A stretch of DNA of 64,000 nt from Trichosphaerium sp. ATCC 40318 (Eukaryota > Protista > Tubulinea), in contig JALMLS010000234.1 of NCBI GenBank assembly GCA_038496445.1, positions 13,797-77,796 of the forward strand, in the 5' to 3' direction. Made by a program: the position numbers and the translations under genes. The notes beneath the pieces were generated by a model. It was given only the letters and a program-made list of their open reading frames with translations, ran no database searches and was not told the origin of the DNA. This document shows, piece after piece, positions 47,966 through 60,660 of this stretch. Position 1 is the first letter of the stretch, and the number at the start of each line of letters is the position of its first letter.

Positions 47966-50551
47966 ATGATGGACCACACGCTAGAAGAAAACGTTCCCGT
48001 ATTTCGACCAACTGTAGAAGAATTTAAGGATTTTTCAGGCTATTTGGAGAAGGTGAGCGCTGTAGTGGGCGATTTGGGTATTTGTAAGGTTATTCCTCCA
48101 AAAGTCTGGTTACCGGACATAAAATACGAAGATATAGACTTCAAGATACCTACACCAATACGACAAATCGTCACAGGCTCTCGTGGATATTATGGGCAGT
48201 TAAACGTTGAGGAAGAAGCGATCTCAGTTCAAAAGTTCAAAATTGAAGCAGATGAAGCTTTGAGTGCTGCAAGATTAGGAAAACTGGATTTGAAGGACAT
48301 TGAGCGAAAATTTTGGAAGACATTAACGTATAATCCACCTATGTATGGCGCAGACATGCTTGGATCATTATTTGACCCTAAACATTGGGGTTGGAACTTA
48401 CAGAAATTGGAAACAGTATTAGATTTGCTTGGCGTTGATCTACCAGGTATTACACAACCATATCTTTATTTTGGCATGTGGAAAGCCGCATTTGCATGGC
48501 ACACTGAAGGTACGATTTAATTTTATGCTTGGTTCACGAAATTAAACCTCTTACTTTCCTTCATTGGGTTTATACATACTTATCGTCCTTTTATCGTTAA
48601 AATTTATTTTTATCGTTTTTCTAACTTCACTCTGCAGACATGGATTTATATAGCATAAATTACCTACACCATGGGTCCCCTAAACAGTGGTATGCTATTC
48701 CTAGAACAGAAAGCGCGCGTTTTGAGCGGTTAGCGGAGGTACAATTTGTTTTCGGTTTTTTCACTGAATCTCGTCAGTATCCTGTCAGATTTTTTTGACA
48801 CTTTTTGTAGAGTAGGTTCCATGAAGACTACAGACTATGCAAGCAATTTTTGAGACACAAGACTTCGATAATTTCTCCGTACACGCTTCAAAAGAACAAT
48901 GTAACAGTAAATGCAGTAACACAACATCCTGGCGAGTTTGTCATCACTTTCCCTTATGCCTATCATGCAGGATTTAACTATGGTACGCCTTAGCATGATG
49001 ATAAATATCCAACGCGTCATATACCCTTACTCTGTTGGCTCACGTATCTTTGCTTAGGGTTCAATATTGCCGAAGCAGTAAATTTTGCAATTCCAAATTG
49101 GATTGATTTCGGCAAGAAAGCATCTGTTTGTACTTGTCACAAAGATGCTGTTAGTATAAATATTGGTATACTAGAGGAGAGATATGAGGTAGGAAGACTT
49201 TAATTACTTGAAACCGCTTGCTTACAGGTTGTTGTAGATGTTACAAAATGGTGACTCTTTAGATGAGATAATACCAAGTGGGACAAAAAGAAAACGGCTT
49301 GATGTTGCCTTACTCACACCAAAAGCAAAAAGAGCACGTACACGTGCGGCAGCAGCAGAAGCTAGAGCGCTAGCAAAAGCAGCAAAGGCAAAATCAGTGC
49401 GTGAAATGTCAAACCAAACATGTGACATTTTCTTATTTTTTTCTGATTTATTTTGCACATTACTTTTGCTCTCGAAGCAAATTTTTCTTTACCTTCTCTT
49501 GTGTGTATGAGCTCAAACACTAAATATACTTTAGAAGAAAAAGGCTTCTCCTAGAAAGTCAAAAAAGAAGGCAGGAAGCAAATCAAAAGCTGCACCTGCA
49601 GTCAGAAAGACAAGGTCTATTAGTATGAGACGAAAGGCAAAGATTAACGTAAGTTGATGCTAGCCATCACCCCAAAAACAAACAAACAAACCAAAACCTC
49701 CCTCTCACCCTTCCCTTGACGTTGATCGAACGTGCAACGGTCCGCCAAACCCCAAAAATTTGTTTCTCAACAAAAAAAAAACGCGAAAAAAAAAACTTTC
49801 CTCCTTCAGTTTCTGGGCGCAAAAAAAGGGAGCTTGTACTCGCTAGCTCATTACTTTACACGCCCTCCTACTTTTGGACAACACAATTTTTTCAAACGTG
49901 TATCTGTTGTACATAGCTTTAATGACCAAAAAAATAAAAAAAGCCTATTTATTTGTATAGAAGTTTTAGTCACAAAAAAAAACGAAAACAAAACATGAGT
50001 GCGTGAGTGATATCTATTTCATATTTTGAATAGATTTTACTCTACCATGCTTGTGCGAGTTGTTTAGTTTATGTGCCACTAATTCAGAGGTGCTAGTTCA
50101 GAAATTAAATAGCGGTCCAAACAAACAATAGTTCAGCAGTAATCAGTGTGATTCCTTTTTTTTTCTTCTTTTTTAACGTGGTGTTTTTCAGGGCGGAAGA
50201 CAAACCACACCTCTTCATTACCCACACAATCGCGTACCCCGACCACTTTCTCAAAGGTATCAATCACACACAAGGCCTCGTTTCGTACACAATCCATTAC
50301 AGCATCACAAAATACTTCAAATGCCACTTGATGTTTTTCCTCGGTTTTTGTCTTCTGAAGATTTTGTTGTATTGCCAAAGAGACCAACTATGCAATATTA
50401 CACAGTACCTCATGTAATTAACTATACAAGTGGTAATACTACTAGACCATTAGTAGTAAATGAGGAGGTGGTTGAAGAAGAACAATCAATTCCTTTTTTA
50501 CCTTTCACTTCAATTGTTGACAAAAATGCGTTTGTTTCTCAAAGACTGTAA
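47966..50551 (+). CDS. KDM4: JmjN/JmjC histone demethylase, KDM4 family
   Basis: [13 protein letters not shown] JmjN; [60 protein letters not shown]. The last exon (about 50192-50551) is inferred via a ~540-nt phase-0 intron. Confidence 0.9.
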
Positions 50552-50923
50552 GGAACTCAGCAAACAAACAAAATCCCAAAGCGAAAAAAACCATCACGCT
50601 TCATTGTAATTCTAATAACAATTCTTATATTTTTATCATTTGACTTCGATTACAAAGAAAAAAAGGGTTAGACTACAACCAATTTGTACCTAAATTTTCA
50701 TTCGGTTATATCATTTGATAGAAGCCAAACGTTTACCTCTCCGTGAGTAAAATGACCTGTGTTTGTCCTACTGTGTTAATTCTCGATCCCAGCTTGAATC
50801 TATGTTGAGCTATCTTTTATGGATATGAACTAAATTAGGCAAAAAGTCTGAAAGCTTTAATTTGGCGTTGACTTTGCCTGATTTATCACAAGTATTTTTC
50901 TTACTTCTTGATCACAACTCAAA

Positions 50924-52476
50924 ATGGACTTCGCTTCACCTTGGGCAAGACTGAATTTCGCACCAGCCTCAGATCTTCAACCTTCTGAGACATTCAGATT
51001 GACATTTTCATCGTACACGCCATTGATGTACGCTTGCGCTACTGTAGGTGCTTTTTATGGTTTGTGGTGGCTTGGCAAGAAAGTGAGCAATTACTTTGCT
51101 GGTAAAACAAATACACAGTGAGGTTTTATTCTTAAGGTTATTAGGACGTAAGAGCTACAAAGGAAAGACTGTTGTCATAACTGGTGCCTCTTCTGGCATT
51201 GGCGAACAATTGGCTTATGCATACGCCAAAGACGGTGCCAAGTGCGTCATTACCAAGATTAAATACCAGCTAAGCTTTATAGCATTGTATTAGCGGCTCG
51301 TCGTGAAGATAAACTTAAAACCGTTGCTCAAAAGGTCAAAGAGCTTGGTGGGAAAGCACTCATTGTTAAAACGGATGTAACAGACTTTGAGCAATCCAAG
51401 TACGTTTTGTTTTTACAAAAACATTCAGGAACTCACCTCCACTGAAAGGAACCTTATTGACGCTTCAGTACAAGAGTTCGGTGGTATTGACCTCCTCATT
51501 CCAAATGCTGGTATGTTACATTAACCCATTTTTCTTTCACGTTGTAGTAAAAGGCACAATTTTTATTAAAACACGTGTAGGTTGTGGTGCTTTTGGATGT
51601 GCTGACTCATACGTTGAGGGAGAGAAGGTAATCAATAAACTCATGGACGTGAACCTTAAAGGTGCCATGTATGTCACAGTACATGCAATGAAGCATATCC
51701 GTGCGTCAAATGGTACAATTGCTCCAGTACTATCCATGGCAGGTAAAGTCAATTATTCTCGAATAAGCCTTTTTTTTTCTTTTTTTGGTGTTTTTTTTTT
51801 TTCCCTCTCAGCTTTGTTATTAGGTTTAATGGCTCAACCTCTGAGTTCTGTATATTGCTCTACAAAATTTGGCATGAAGGGTATTGTTGTTTGCAGTGTT
51901 AAACACTCAGAAAAGCAGGTCTGATTGATTTTCTTGTGTAGGATTCTTCGAAAGTGTGAGAATGGAAGGTGTCAACGTCACACTCATTTGTCCTGGTGTA
52001 CTCACTACAGAATTCTTGGATGCACTACAAATGTCAGATAATACTTCGATGGTTTTTCCGGATGCTGTACTAGACACAGCAAAATCCATGGCATACAACC
52101 TAGAGGTACGAAGTTGGAGTTTTTTCACGTTTCATTGATATTACACGTGCCCATCTGTATTTCTTACGTTTGGTCCCTAGGCAGCTGTAAGTGAGTACAA
52201 ACAATCTATTGCTCGCGGCGATGATATGTATAATGAGGGTACTGTTAATTGGATAACGCTTACTCTATACAAAGTACGTATAGTTTGTTATGAAAGCAAT
52301 ACACAAATTGCATTTTCTCGAGGGTTTTTGTGTCTTTGTAATGTCTTATCTAGTTCTTTCCTAATTTCGTTGGATCAATGTTCATTGCAAACTTTACGAA
52401 AGGACTTACGGATAAAAAGTGGCAGAAGTTTATACCACCAAAACCTGCAACTGCAGCGCAGAAGAAGAAAAATTAG
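50924..52476 (+). CDS. Membrane-anchored short-chain dehydrogenase/reductase, tandem copy 1
   Basis: N-terminal TM segment, VITGASSGIG, LAARR, NAG, catalytic YCSTK. Confidence 0.9.
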
Positions 52477-52993
52477 AAAAACGAATTTTTTCCCTTCTTA
52501 AAAATGCATGAATGCCCAACACCTTTGAGATAATGGGCTATTCGATAACACCTCACATGTGACACAATAAATTAGATTTACAGTAGTTAATTTAATTACA
52601 ACAAGAGGTATCTTTGAACATCACAAATTGCTCACAAATAAATAGATATAACCACAAATAAGGCGAGCTGTAGTAGAAAGTGAAAAGGTATCGCTGTATA
52701 GTTTAAACGAACAAAATTCACCAAGTTATCACGTGATAATGTTCTGTCCACTTTATCATTACCTCTCGCATGAGAAAACAACAAGATGGGGATATCGTAA
52801 AAAGGTCGAGTTCAAATCCGTATTTGATGGTGCTATAAGTCGTAGAGATGGATGGTACAGTCAGGCCAATTATTTTTGCCGAACACTTCACCAAGCTTAA
52901 GAATGCTTGCCGTCAAAACGTTGCTACCTGCGAGTCTGTACTGAAAACGCAGGGCGTTGATAATAATTATCACCGCTTTAAAAAATACGCCGT

Positions 52994-53021
52994 AAATCCG
53001 GGTCAATTTCAACCCGGATTT
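52994..53021. other. Perfect 10-bp inverted repeat upstream of SDR copy 2
   Basis: AAATCCGGGT-caatttca-ACCCGGATTT. Confidence 0.6.
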
Positions 53022-53106
53022 GCTGTAATGTTTGACTTTAATTGATTTTTTTTATTATTTTAATTATCTCTAATAGTTGTACACCACTTCTTGATTGCAA
53101 CACAAA

Positions 53107-54622
53107 ATGGACTTCGCTTCACCTTGGGCTTCACTCAACTTCGCACCAGCCTCAGATCTTCAACCTTCTGAGACATTCAGATTGACATTTTCATCGTACA
53201 CACCATTAATGTACGCTTTTGCTGCTGTAGGCGCTTTTTACGGCTTGTGGTGGTTTGGCAAAAGAGTGGGCAATTATTTCGCCGGTACACCAAAATTGCA
53301 CAATACGTCGGACTTAGCGTTATTAGGACGTAAGAGCTACAAAGGAAAGACTGTAGTCATAACTGGTGCCTCTTCAGGCATTGGCGAACAATTGGCTTAT
53401 GCATACGCCAAAGACGGTGCCAAGTACGTCATTATGATGAATAACCGCCATCTAATCGATATAGCGTTGTAATAGCGGCTCGGCGTGAAGATAAACTTAA
53501 AACCGTTGCTCAAAAGGTCAAAGAGCTTGGTGGGAAAGCACTCATTGTTAAAACGGATGTAACAGACTTTGAGCAATCCAAGTACGTTTTGGGCTATTCA
53601 AAAAAAAGTTGAGAAAAGGTAAACTCACATCCAAAAAAAGGAACCTTATCGACACTTCAGTACAAGAGTTCGGTGGTATTGACGTTCTCATTCCAAACGC
53701 TGGTATGTTGGCCTGGCTTATCGCTGACAGTGCAGGTTATTAACCTTGAGATAGGACTTGGCTCTATGGGAGTAACTGACTCATGCGTTGATGGAGAAAG
53801 TACCATTAATAAACTCATGGACGTGAACCTCAAAGGTGCCATATACGTTACAGTACATGCAATGAAGCATATCCGTACGTCAAATGGTACAATTGCTCCA
53901 GTACTATCCATGGCAGGTAAAGTCAATTATTCTCTTTTTATTTGTTTTTTTTTTCCATTTTAACTCATCCTTATCAATAGGTTTAATGGCTCAACCCTTG
54001 TGTGCTGTATATTGTGGAACAAAATTCGGCATGAGAGGTACTATTGTCGTTTATTGTACTTTAGTTGGCAACGAGTGTGCTGAGTTTTTTGATTAGGATT
54101 CTTCGAAAGTGTGAGAATGGAAGGTGTCAACGTCACACTCATTTGTCCTGGTGCACTCCTTACAGAATTCTTGGATGCAATGGAAATGTCAGATGGTACA
54201 AAAATGACTCTACCAGATTCTGTAGGCAACTCATTAAAATCCATGGCATACAACCTAGAGGTACGCATTTGGAGTTTTTTCACGTTTCATTGATCTTACA
54301 CGTGCCCATCTGTATTTCTTACGTTTGGTCCCTAGGCAGCTGTAAGTGAGTACAAACAAGCCATCGCTCGTGGTGATGATATGTACAATGAAGGTGTTGT
54401 TAATGGTATTGTTCGTTCACTATATAAAGTAAGTATAGCCTTGTGATGCAAGAAATCCTTGTCGAATTTACTTGTGATTTTTGTTAATGGTTCTCGTAGT
54501 ACTTTCCTAAAGCTATTGGATCTATGTTCATTGGACAATTTGTAAAAGGGCTCACAGAGGATAAATGGCAGAAATTTTTACCACCAAAACCTTCAAGCGC
54601 ATCCCAGAAAAAGAACAATTAG
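53107..54622 (+). CDS. Membrane-anchored short-chain dehydrogenase/reductase, tandem copy 2
   Basis: Paralog of 50924-52476 with the same exon structure; VITGASSGIG and YCGTK. Confidence 0.9.
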
Positions 54623-55732
54623 AAATCCTTTTTTTTAGAGTAGGACTAGAACAAAACGTAAATAAAATGTATTGAGACTGTACTTTATTTTAACGCACAA
54701 CAATTTAACATGGCCTCCTTTACGATGTAGTGTTTGATGTAAATATGTTTATCGAATGCACATTTTAAGGCTTACTTTTTGTGCTAATCAAATCTCATCT
54801 ACCAACTACAGCTCGCTGACTTTTAAGTTAACAAACCGATAACGTTTTCGCATAAAAAAAGTGACTAAGACTCTAGCGGGTGGTGCTATGCTAGGATAAT
54901 CACTGTATGGGAACTGACACTGCAAGCAATATCAAATCACCATTAGTTTTCCAAATAATGGGGTTAAAGACAAAGTGACACGTGGTCACTTGCATGGGGT
55001 TTAACCCAAGCTGAACTTTTACTACACATGATCAAAGCCATTAGGCCGAGAAACACATGAGAAGGAAACGTTGACAACCTTTTATCATCGTCATTGTGCA
55101 GAAATAAAAAAATTGTGGGATTGTGATCAAAGTGCCAAAGAAATGAAAACGCAACATTCACTGAAATTTATAATTCAACAACAACATTTGCAAAAACAAT
55201 GTCAGGTTTACTAACACACCGATATTGATCTTTTTTTTTGTGTAGTCGAGGTTTTTGCACAAGGTTTCTTTTGCGAATCTTACTTGTAGCATTTTGCATG
55301 TACATAATCGCTCGATCGTTTTACAATGCTGAAACAGTATCAATAGTGTTACTTTTATTGTTAGTGTATGTGCTAAACCTTTAATTGTTAATTTAATGCT
55401 GTTTTCGTCAAAAAACACAATCTTCTCATGCTACAACTACAAGCAGAGTCTTACATAGCGATAAACTAAAACTATTGCGATCAGCTACATTAATAGCCAC
55501 CTTGCGTAGAGCACCCAGTTGGAAGCTTTGAGTTTTGTATTTCGTGGAACGTGAACAAAAAAGTTCCTTGTATTTGTACAAAACAAGATGTTCTCAACAT
55601 GTCCGTTTGTTTTACTAGTAACGTTTTTAAGAAGGTGATTAAACCACAATTTTTATTTTACAGAATTTGAAGTATTTTTAAAGTGCAGCACGCAATGTGT
55701 TATTAACCGTATTGCGAAGTCATAAGAAATTA

Positions 55733-56009
55733 TGACCGCTCCCTCTACAACAGAACCCATACGCTTGCTACAGAGCACTGGCTGGACCAGCGAAGGTTTT
55801 GTTCCTTTACTTTTTTAACTACGACTTTACAACGTTTATGCTGAAAATGCAAGGTTCTTACCAATTTTTTCTGGTAGTTGTGATAGCTGTTTTAATGTGC
55901 AGATCAATATAATCACCACTAAGCTGTGAAGTCACGTGGAACTGTGACCTCTTCCATTTTTACAGACCTTATGCTTGCTACAAAGCTCAAACTGGTAGCG
56001 AAGGTTTTG
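55733..56009. repeat. Degenerate ~65-bp direct repeat pair about 210 bp apart
   Basis: TGACC...ACAGA.CC..A.GCTTGCTACA.AGC....CTGG..AGCGAAGGTTTTG at 55733-55801 and 55945-56009. Confidence 0.6.
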
Positions 56010-56098
56010 CTAATCAACTCAGCAGCAGAAATAAAAAACCAAGAATTGAATCAAAAAACAAGTTTTTATATGTAATGCTTCTATGCGTCTTTATTCAT

Positions 56099-58224
56099 TT
56101 AAAAAACATCTGGCATTGGTGGATATAGGTTTGGTGCCGTAGGACACTTTGATTCAACTTTTGTTGAGTGGTATAAAGATTGTACCCACTCTGTCAAGTT
56201 TGCTTTCATTTGTTCAAAAATGACAGGATATTTTAAAGAAAGATCAGTTGTCTCTTGCAAGTCAGCATCTAAATCATACAAAGCAGGTTCGCAAGCTTCT
56301 TTCAGGCATGATTTTGAATCATTGACAAGCTTCCACTTTCCGTAGCGCCATCCTAACCCAACGCGTCCGTGCCACCACCATCCCATGCCACGATCTAAGT
56401 GTTATGTCAGCGTCGTACAAACAATCAAACAGGTGTTAGTTTTTTTTATTACCTGGGAACTCTTCTCCTCTTATTAGTGGCATTATACTTGTGCCGTCCA
56501 TAGCCCAATCTTTTTGATCTTCTGGTCTTTCTACGTTAAGAATATCCATCACTGTAGGTAAGAAATCAACAGTATTAACCTAACTAGAGTTAACCGGCAT
56601 GATTTCGAGGTGGGATAACTTACAGGAGTATTTGGAACCACTCTGTTTTTTTTTATCATCTCAGGCCATTCTATGATACCAGCAACTAAAGAAAAGTGTC
56701 AACTCCAAAGGATTCTTGCAAAGCAAAAACCAAGCAACATTTACCTCGATGTCCTCCTTCCCATGTGTCTCGCTTTCTTCCACGTAATCCTTTGGCTGAA
56801 CCTGGCCAAGTTAGGTAATGGGCAGCGTCACATATCCCATTATCACAATTTCCTTCTGGGCCATTATCGCTTGTGAACCAGATCATCGTGTTATCAGCAT
56901 ATCCTTGCGTTTTAAGTAACTTCCTAATTCTTCCAATCTGTTCATCTAGTTCTACTTCTGCACCGTAGTAATCCAGTTGAGCACTGGAATAATCGCCTTT
57001 AGGACAAGTCTTTCCGTCAGCGCAGTCTTGGCGAGTTTTATTCACTACACGGAGTGAGATAAGAAGGATAAAGAGAGGCATACATGCTATGTAAGGAATG
57101 TGATTATTGTGAAACCAAATCATACTCAAGAACGGATCGCCATTCCTTTCAGTTAAGAACGATTCAAACGAGTCTACAAGAAACTCTGCGTCGTTCTTAC
57201 CTACTGGGATGCTAGCATTGAAAACTCCTTCAGGTGCAGTGGAGTTCTCCCACCAGTAATTACAACAGTCTCGCAAGCTACAAAAAACTGTCAGAAAAGA
57301 AGAACAAGGTTTCTTTGGGGTTGAGTCTTACGTGTTGTAATGCGAGTTTGGGCCATAGTGTCCTACCATACAAGTGTCTTCCCACTCCTTCTTACATTTG
57401 CAATTCGTTGTAGCGGTAGGCGCTACTTCAATTGTCATGTTGAAATGATCAAAACCATGTGTGATTGGTGATGAAGGATACTTAACACTGGGATTATCAA
57501 AGAAGTCTCCCAAATGCCATTTCCCGAATATTGATGATCGATAAGACGCGTCAGCCTTTCTTACTGCGTCCGCTGCAGTGAAAACCTTTGGATCAGGTCC
57601 ACCAAATGGCATGTTGGCCTGGGGTGAGTATTACACGATACACTTTCATCTTCAGAAGCATGTCCGTACTTGACACAAGGAAGGATCTGTGCATCCGTAA
57701 ACATAATATACGCAATCTCTTACATGATTTCTACCTGTAAGTACAGTAGCGCGGGTAGGAGAACATACTGTACCACCTTGAGTATGGGTAAGTTACAAGG
57801 AAATGTCATACGAACATGACAAGGAAAAATTTCCCATTTCAAAAAAAGGCCCTGAAAGGGCCTTGGTATCACTCTCTCCGAGGTCATAGCGTTTGCGCCA
57901 TGATTCCCCAAACTAAATACCATCGAACAATTGAGGATAGCGTACCGCTATGAAAATCTAAATGAAACAAAGTTAACAATGAATTAAGGTAAACACGTGA
58001 GCCTAAACGGCGTATTTTCGATTTTTCCGTTACTTACCTAAAAACTTTATTGAGTTCTCTCCGTTAGCGAATGCATCGATGTTTGGTGTCTTAACGAAGC
58101 CATTATGGTATCCAAAGTCAGACCAGCCCATGTCATCCACCAAAATAAACAAAAACGATGTTTTTTTGCCGGTTTGAGCGCCCACAAACCCAACTAGTAG
58201 TAAGAGCACGATTATAGACTGCAT
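56099..58224 (-). CDS. Secreted formylglycine-dependent sulfatase (S1 family)
   Basis: Signal peptide, FILVDDMGWSD, TPNID, CSPTRATVLTGR, GKWHLG, NTMIWFTSDNG, RGRK..WEGGHRV and LYDL.ADL.E. Confidence 0.93.
57777..57945 (-). other. Highly structured 169-nt intron of the sulfatase gene
   Basis: Hairpins at 57884-57903, 57846-57864 and 57804-57821 (UUCG loop on the transcribed strand) plus a TGGTAT/ATACCA helix. Confidence 0.55.
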
Positions 58225-58317
58225 ACTAGCCGTCAGGATAAAAATTTGTTGAAGTTCATTGACGGTTCTTGTCACGTGCTTTTATTATTAATGCTCAAGA
58301 CAAAACCAAACCTTCAA

Positions 58318-58877
58318 CTAAAAAGAAACAAGAGAAAAGTGACATTTTGACATGAACAGCTCTTTATTTTTCTCAGCACAAACAACGATACCAATCGCCG
58401 CTGCGCATGATATAACTCTTTGTCTTTTGCAGCTTTAACCCATACTCTCTAGCGAAGAATAAGGAGGCAAACGTTAAGACGCTAGCTAGTACCGTATTGT
58501 AGTGTTTCATTCCGTTTCTTCTTGTACACGCAATAGTACACTGCTAAAATGCTGATTACAATAACGCTTAATATCACTACACCAGCCACGACACCCACGA
58601 TAATCAAAGCGCGTACAATAGAATCAGCTACCTTAGTACATGATGTGAGGCAAGATGTAAGCTCTGTTTGTCTGTATAACTCGTTAAAACAAAGGTAACG
58701 CTATTTAGATATGTAAGTCACGTACGTGCACCAATGACACCTAGTGTCTGTATCACAAGCTGTTTTGTTGGTTTCGTAAAGATCAAAACAGAAATCAGCA
58801 CCAGGTACTTGACCGTTTACAGATAGAATGTATAATGGAGCAAACAAAAGCACAAAGATAAGGAGATGCGTATCCAT
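58318..58877 (-). CDS. Small type I membrane protein with PSI-like Cys motif; 3' end approximate
   Basis: Signal peptide MDTHLLIFVLLFAPLYILSVNG, C...CDTDTRCHWC...CLTSC, TM segment ALIIVGVVAGVVILSVIVISILAVYYCVY, then KKKR. Confidence 0.7.
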
Positions 58878-59008
58878 GTTTTCAAATGCAAATATAAGAA
58901 TAAGTAAAGGTCCCCAGTATTCTGGATATTCGAATTTTGGGGTCTTTTAGCTCTAAACAGGCCAGTCTGGTATAATTTTACATTTTCTATGAAACAAATT
59001 CCCGAAAA

Positions 59009-59083
59009 ATACGCATCAGGGAATACAACTCCATTGTGCTCCAGGGTTCTCCAGTTTCGTCTTGCGTCCCCACGACCGCTCAT
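59009..59083 (-). pseudogene. Possible DNA topoisomerase IB fragment
   Basis: NWRTLEHNGVVFPDAY resembles the TopoIB motif W.TL.HNGV.FP..Y; no further TopoIB sequence follows. Confidence 0.4.
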
Positions 59084-59429
59084 AGATCTATTAAAATTGA
59101 TGTTGAGAGGAGCTTTTTGATGATGCATTACTGGCGCTTCAAACTTGCAAAACACTTTGCAATCTATCTGCAAATACGTGTAGAACCTATCACATGATTT
59201 TTTCCAGACCTAATACACTTTGAATCGCTGACAAAAACAGATAATAGTTAGTCGTACAAGACCAATATTTGTAACGCATGTAAAGTAAAAACTGTGATAT
59301 CTTTTGAAACAACAACTTTGACCAACAGTTACATTTCGCTTTTTGTGTGAAAAGTGTCAAGTAAAAGGCACAATTTGCACCCACTCTTTTTTTACTATGT
59401 ACAAGTACTCTACAAAAACAGAATTTTCA

Positions 59430-60660
59430 CTACTCATCTTGTTTCTCTTGCTGCCTCTGTAAGTAACGTGCTCTAGCCTCCATGATAGACTTATCTGAGT
59501 TACGCCTTTGAAACTTAACCTTACGTTGTTCTGGCGTTTCTTTCGGCCTTTCAACGCGTTTTTTATAAGGCTCAAGTGCAGGCAATAATTCATCCATGAG
59601 TTTGTTTTCTTCCTCATCTTTTCTCTTTTTCTCTTCTTCAAGAGCTTTTTGGGTTTCAGCTGATTTCTCTTCATTGAGTTTCTTGACTCTAGCTTGTTCT
59701 TCCTGTTCAGCTTGTTTTATAATCCTATCCATCTCCTAAATGATTGAGCTGGTACAAAAGGGGGAAACAGAAAGAGAAAGACAGTAAAAAAAAAAAGCAA
59801 AAAAAAAACATGAAGAGGTTTAAAGCTTACTTTTTCGCTATCGCTGTCACTATCATAACCTCCACCAAGTGCTGAATTTGTACCATCTATCATACTAGAA
59901 TAAAATCCTACCATACCAGTCTTTGTTACATCAGTAGCTTTGTATTTCTCCTCAAGCTCATTCTTCCATTTTTTATTTTCTTCCAATTGCTTCTTATAAC
60001 TTAAAAAGTGTCAGTGTGACCCTCCATAATTTTAAAACGATTTGTTAGTTCGTACCTAGGCGTAATAAACCTCTCTGTCTCTCCCCAAAGCTTTTTATCC
60101 TCCTCCATTTCACGAATAAGTTTATTTTCAAAAATCAAGTCTCTGTCGCGTTCTCGCTCTTGTGCTTTCTTCATAAGCGCTGGTATATACTTTGCTAGAG
60201 TTTGATGTAAGTAAAATGAGTTATTTTGTGACATTTGACTGTTTTTAACGTTAAGAACGTACGTTTATCGCTTTTAATCTGATGTTTGCGTCTTTTACGG
60301 TTACCTTTTCTAAGCTCGTCATGGATCTCGTCGTACTCAAATATAGTAGGGTCTTGCGCTTGAGCGTCAGCGAGAACCTTTTTAGTCTATATTGTGTTAA
60401 TAGTTAAATTGTACAGTTTTTAAACTTTTGATGGCTGCATCCGCCGTCATTTTAGGTACCTTTTTCATATTCCTGCCTCTTGTTGCGCTTCTTTCAACTT
60501 GTTTGCGTATTTCCATTTCGCTCATTTCGCCTTCATCATCAGACGACGACGCTCCAAACGCATTCTTTACCACTAACTTTTTACGCTTTTTTTGTCTGCT
60601 AGGCGCAAGTATTAATCCATACTTTTCACCCTTTTTGCCTGTCAAAGCAGAAATACTCAT
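59430..60660 (-). CDS. NSRP1: Nuclear speckle splicing regulator NSRP1/CCDC55 (DUF2040)
   Basis: KYGLIL, AQDPTIFEYDEIHD, KYIPALMKKAQERER, ERFITPSYKKQL and SIMEARARYLQR. Confidence 0.88.

Noticed and set aside
57848-57862. Histone mRNA 3' stem-loop look-alike (GGCCCTTTCAGGGCC on the minus strand)
   Set aside because: One nt short of the 16-nt consensus, inside an intron, with no histone gene nearby.
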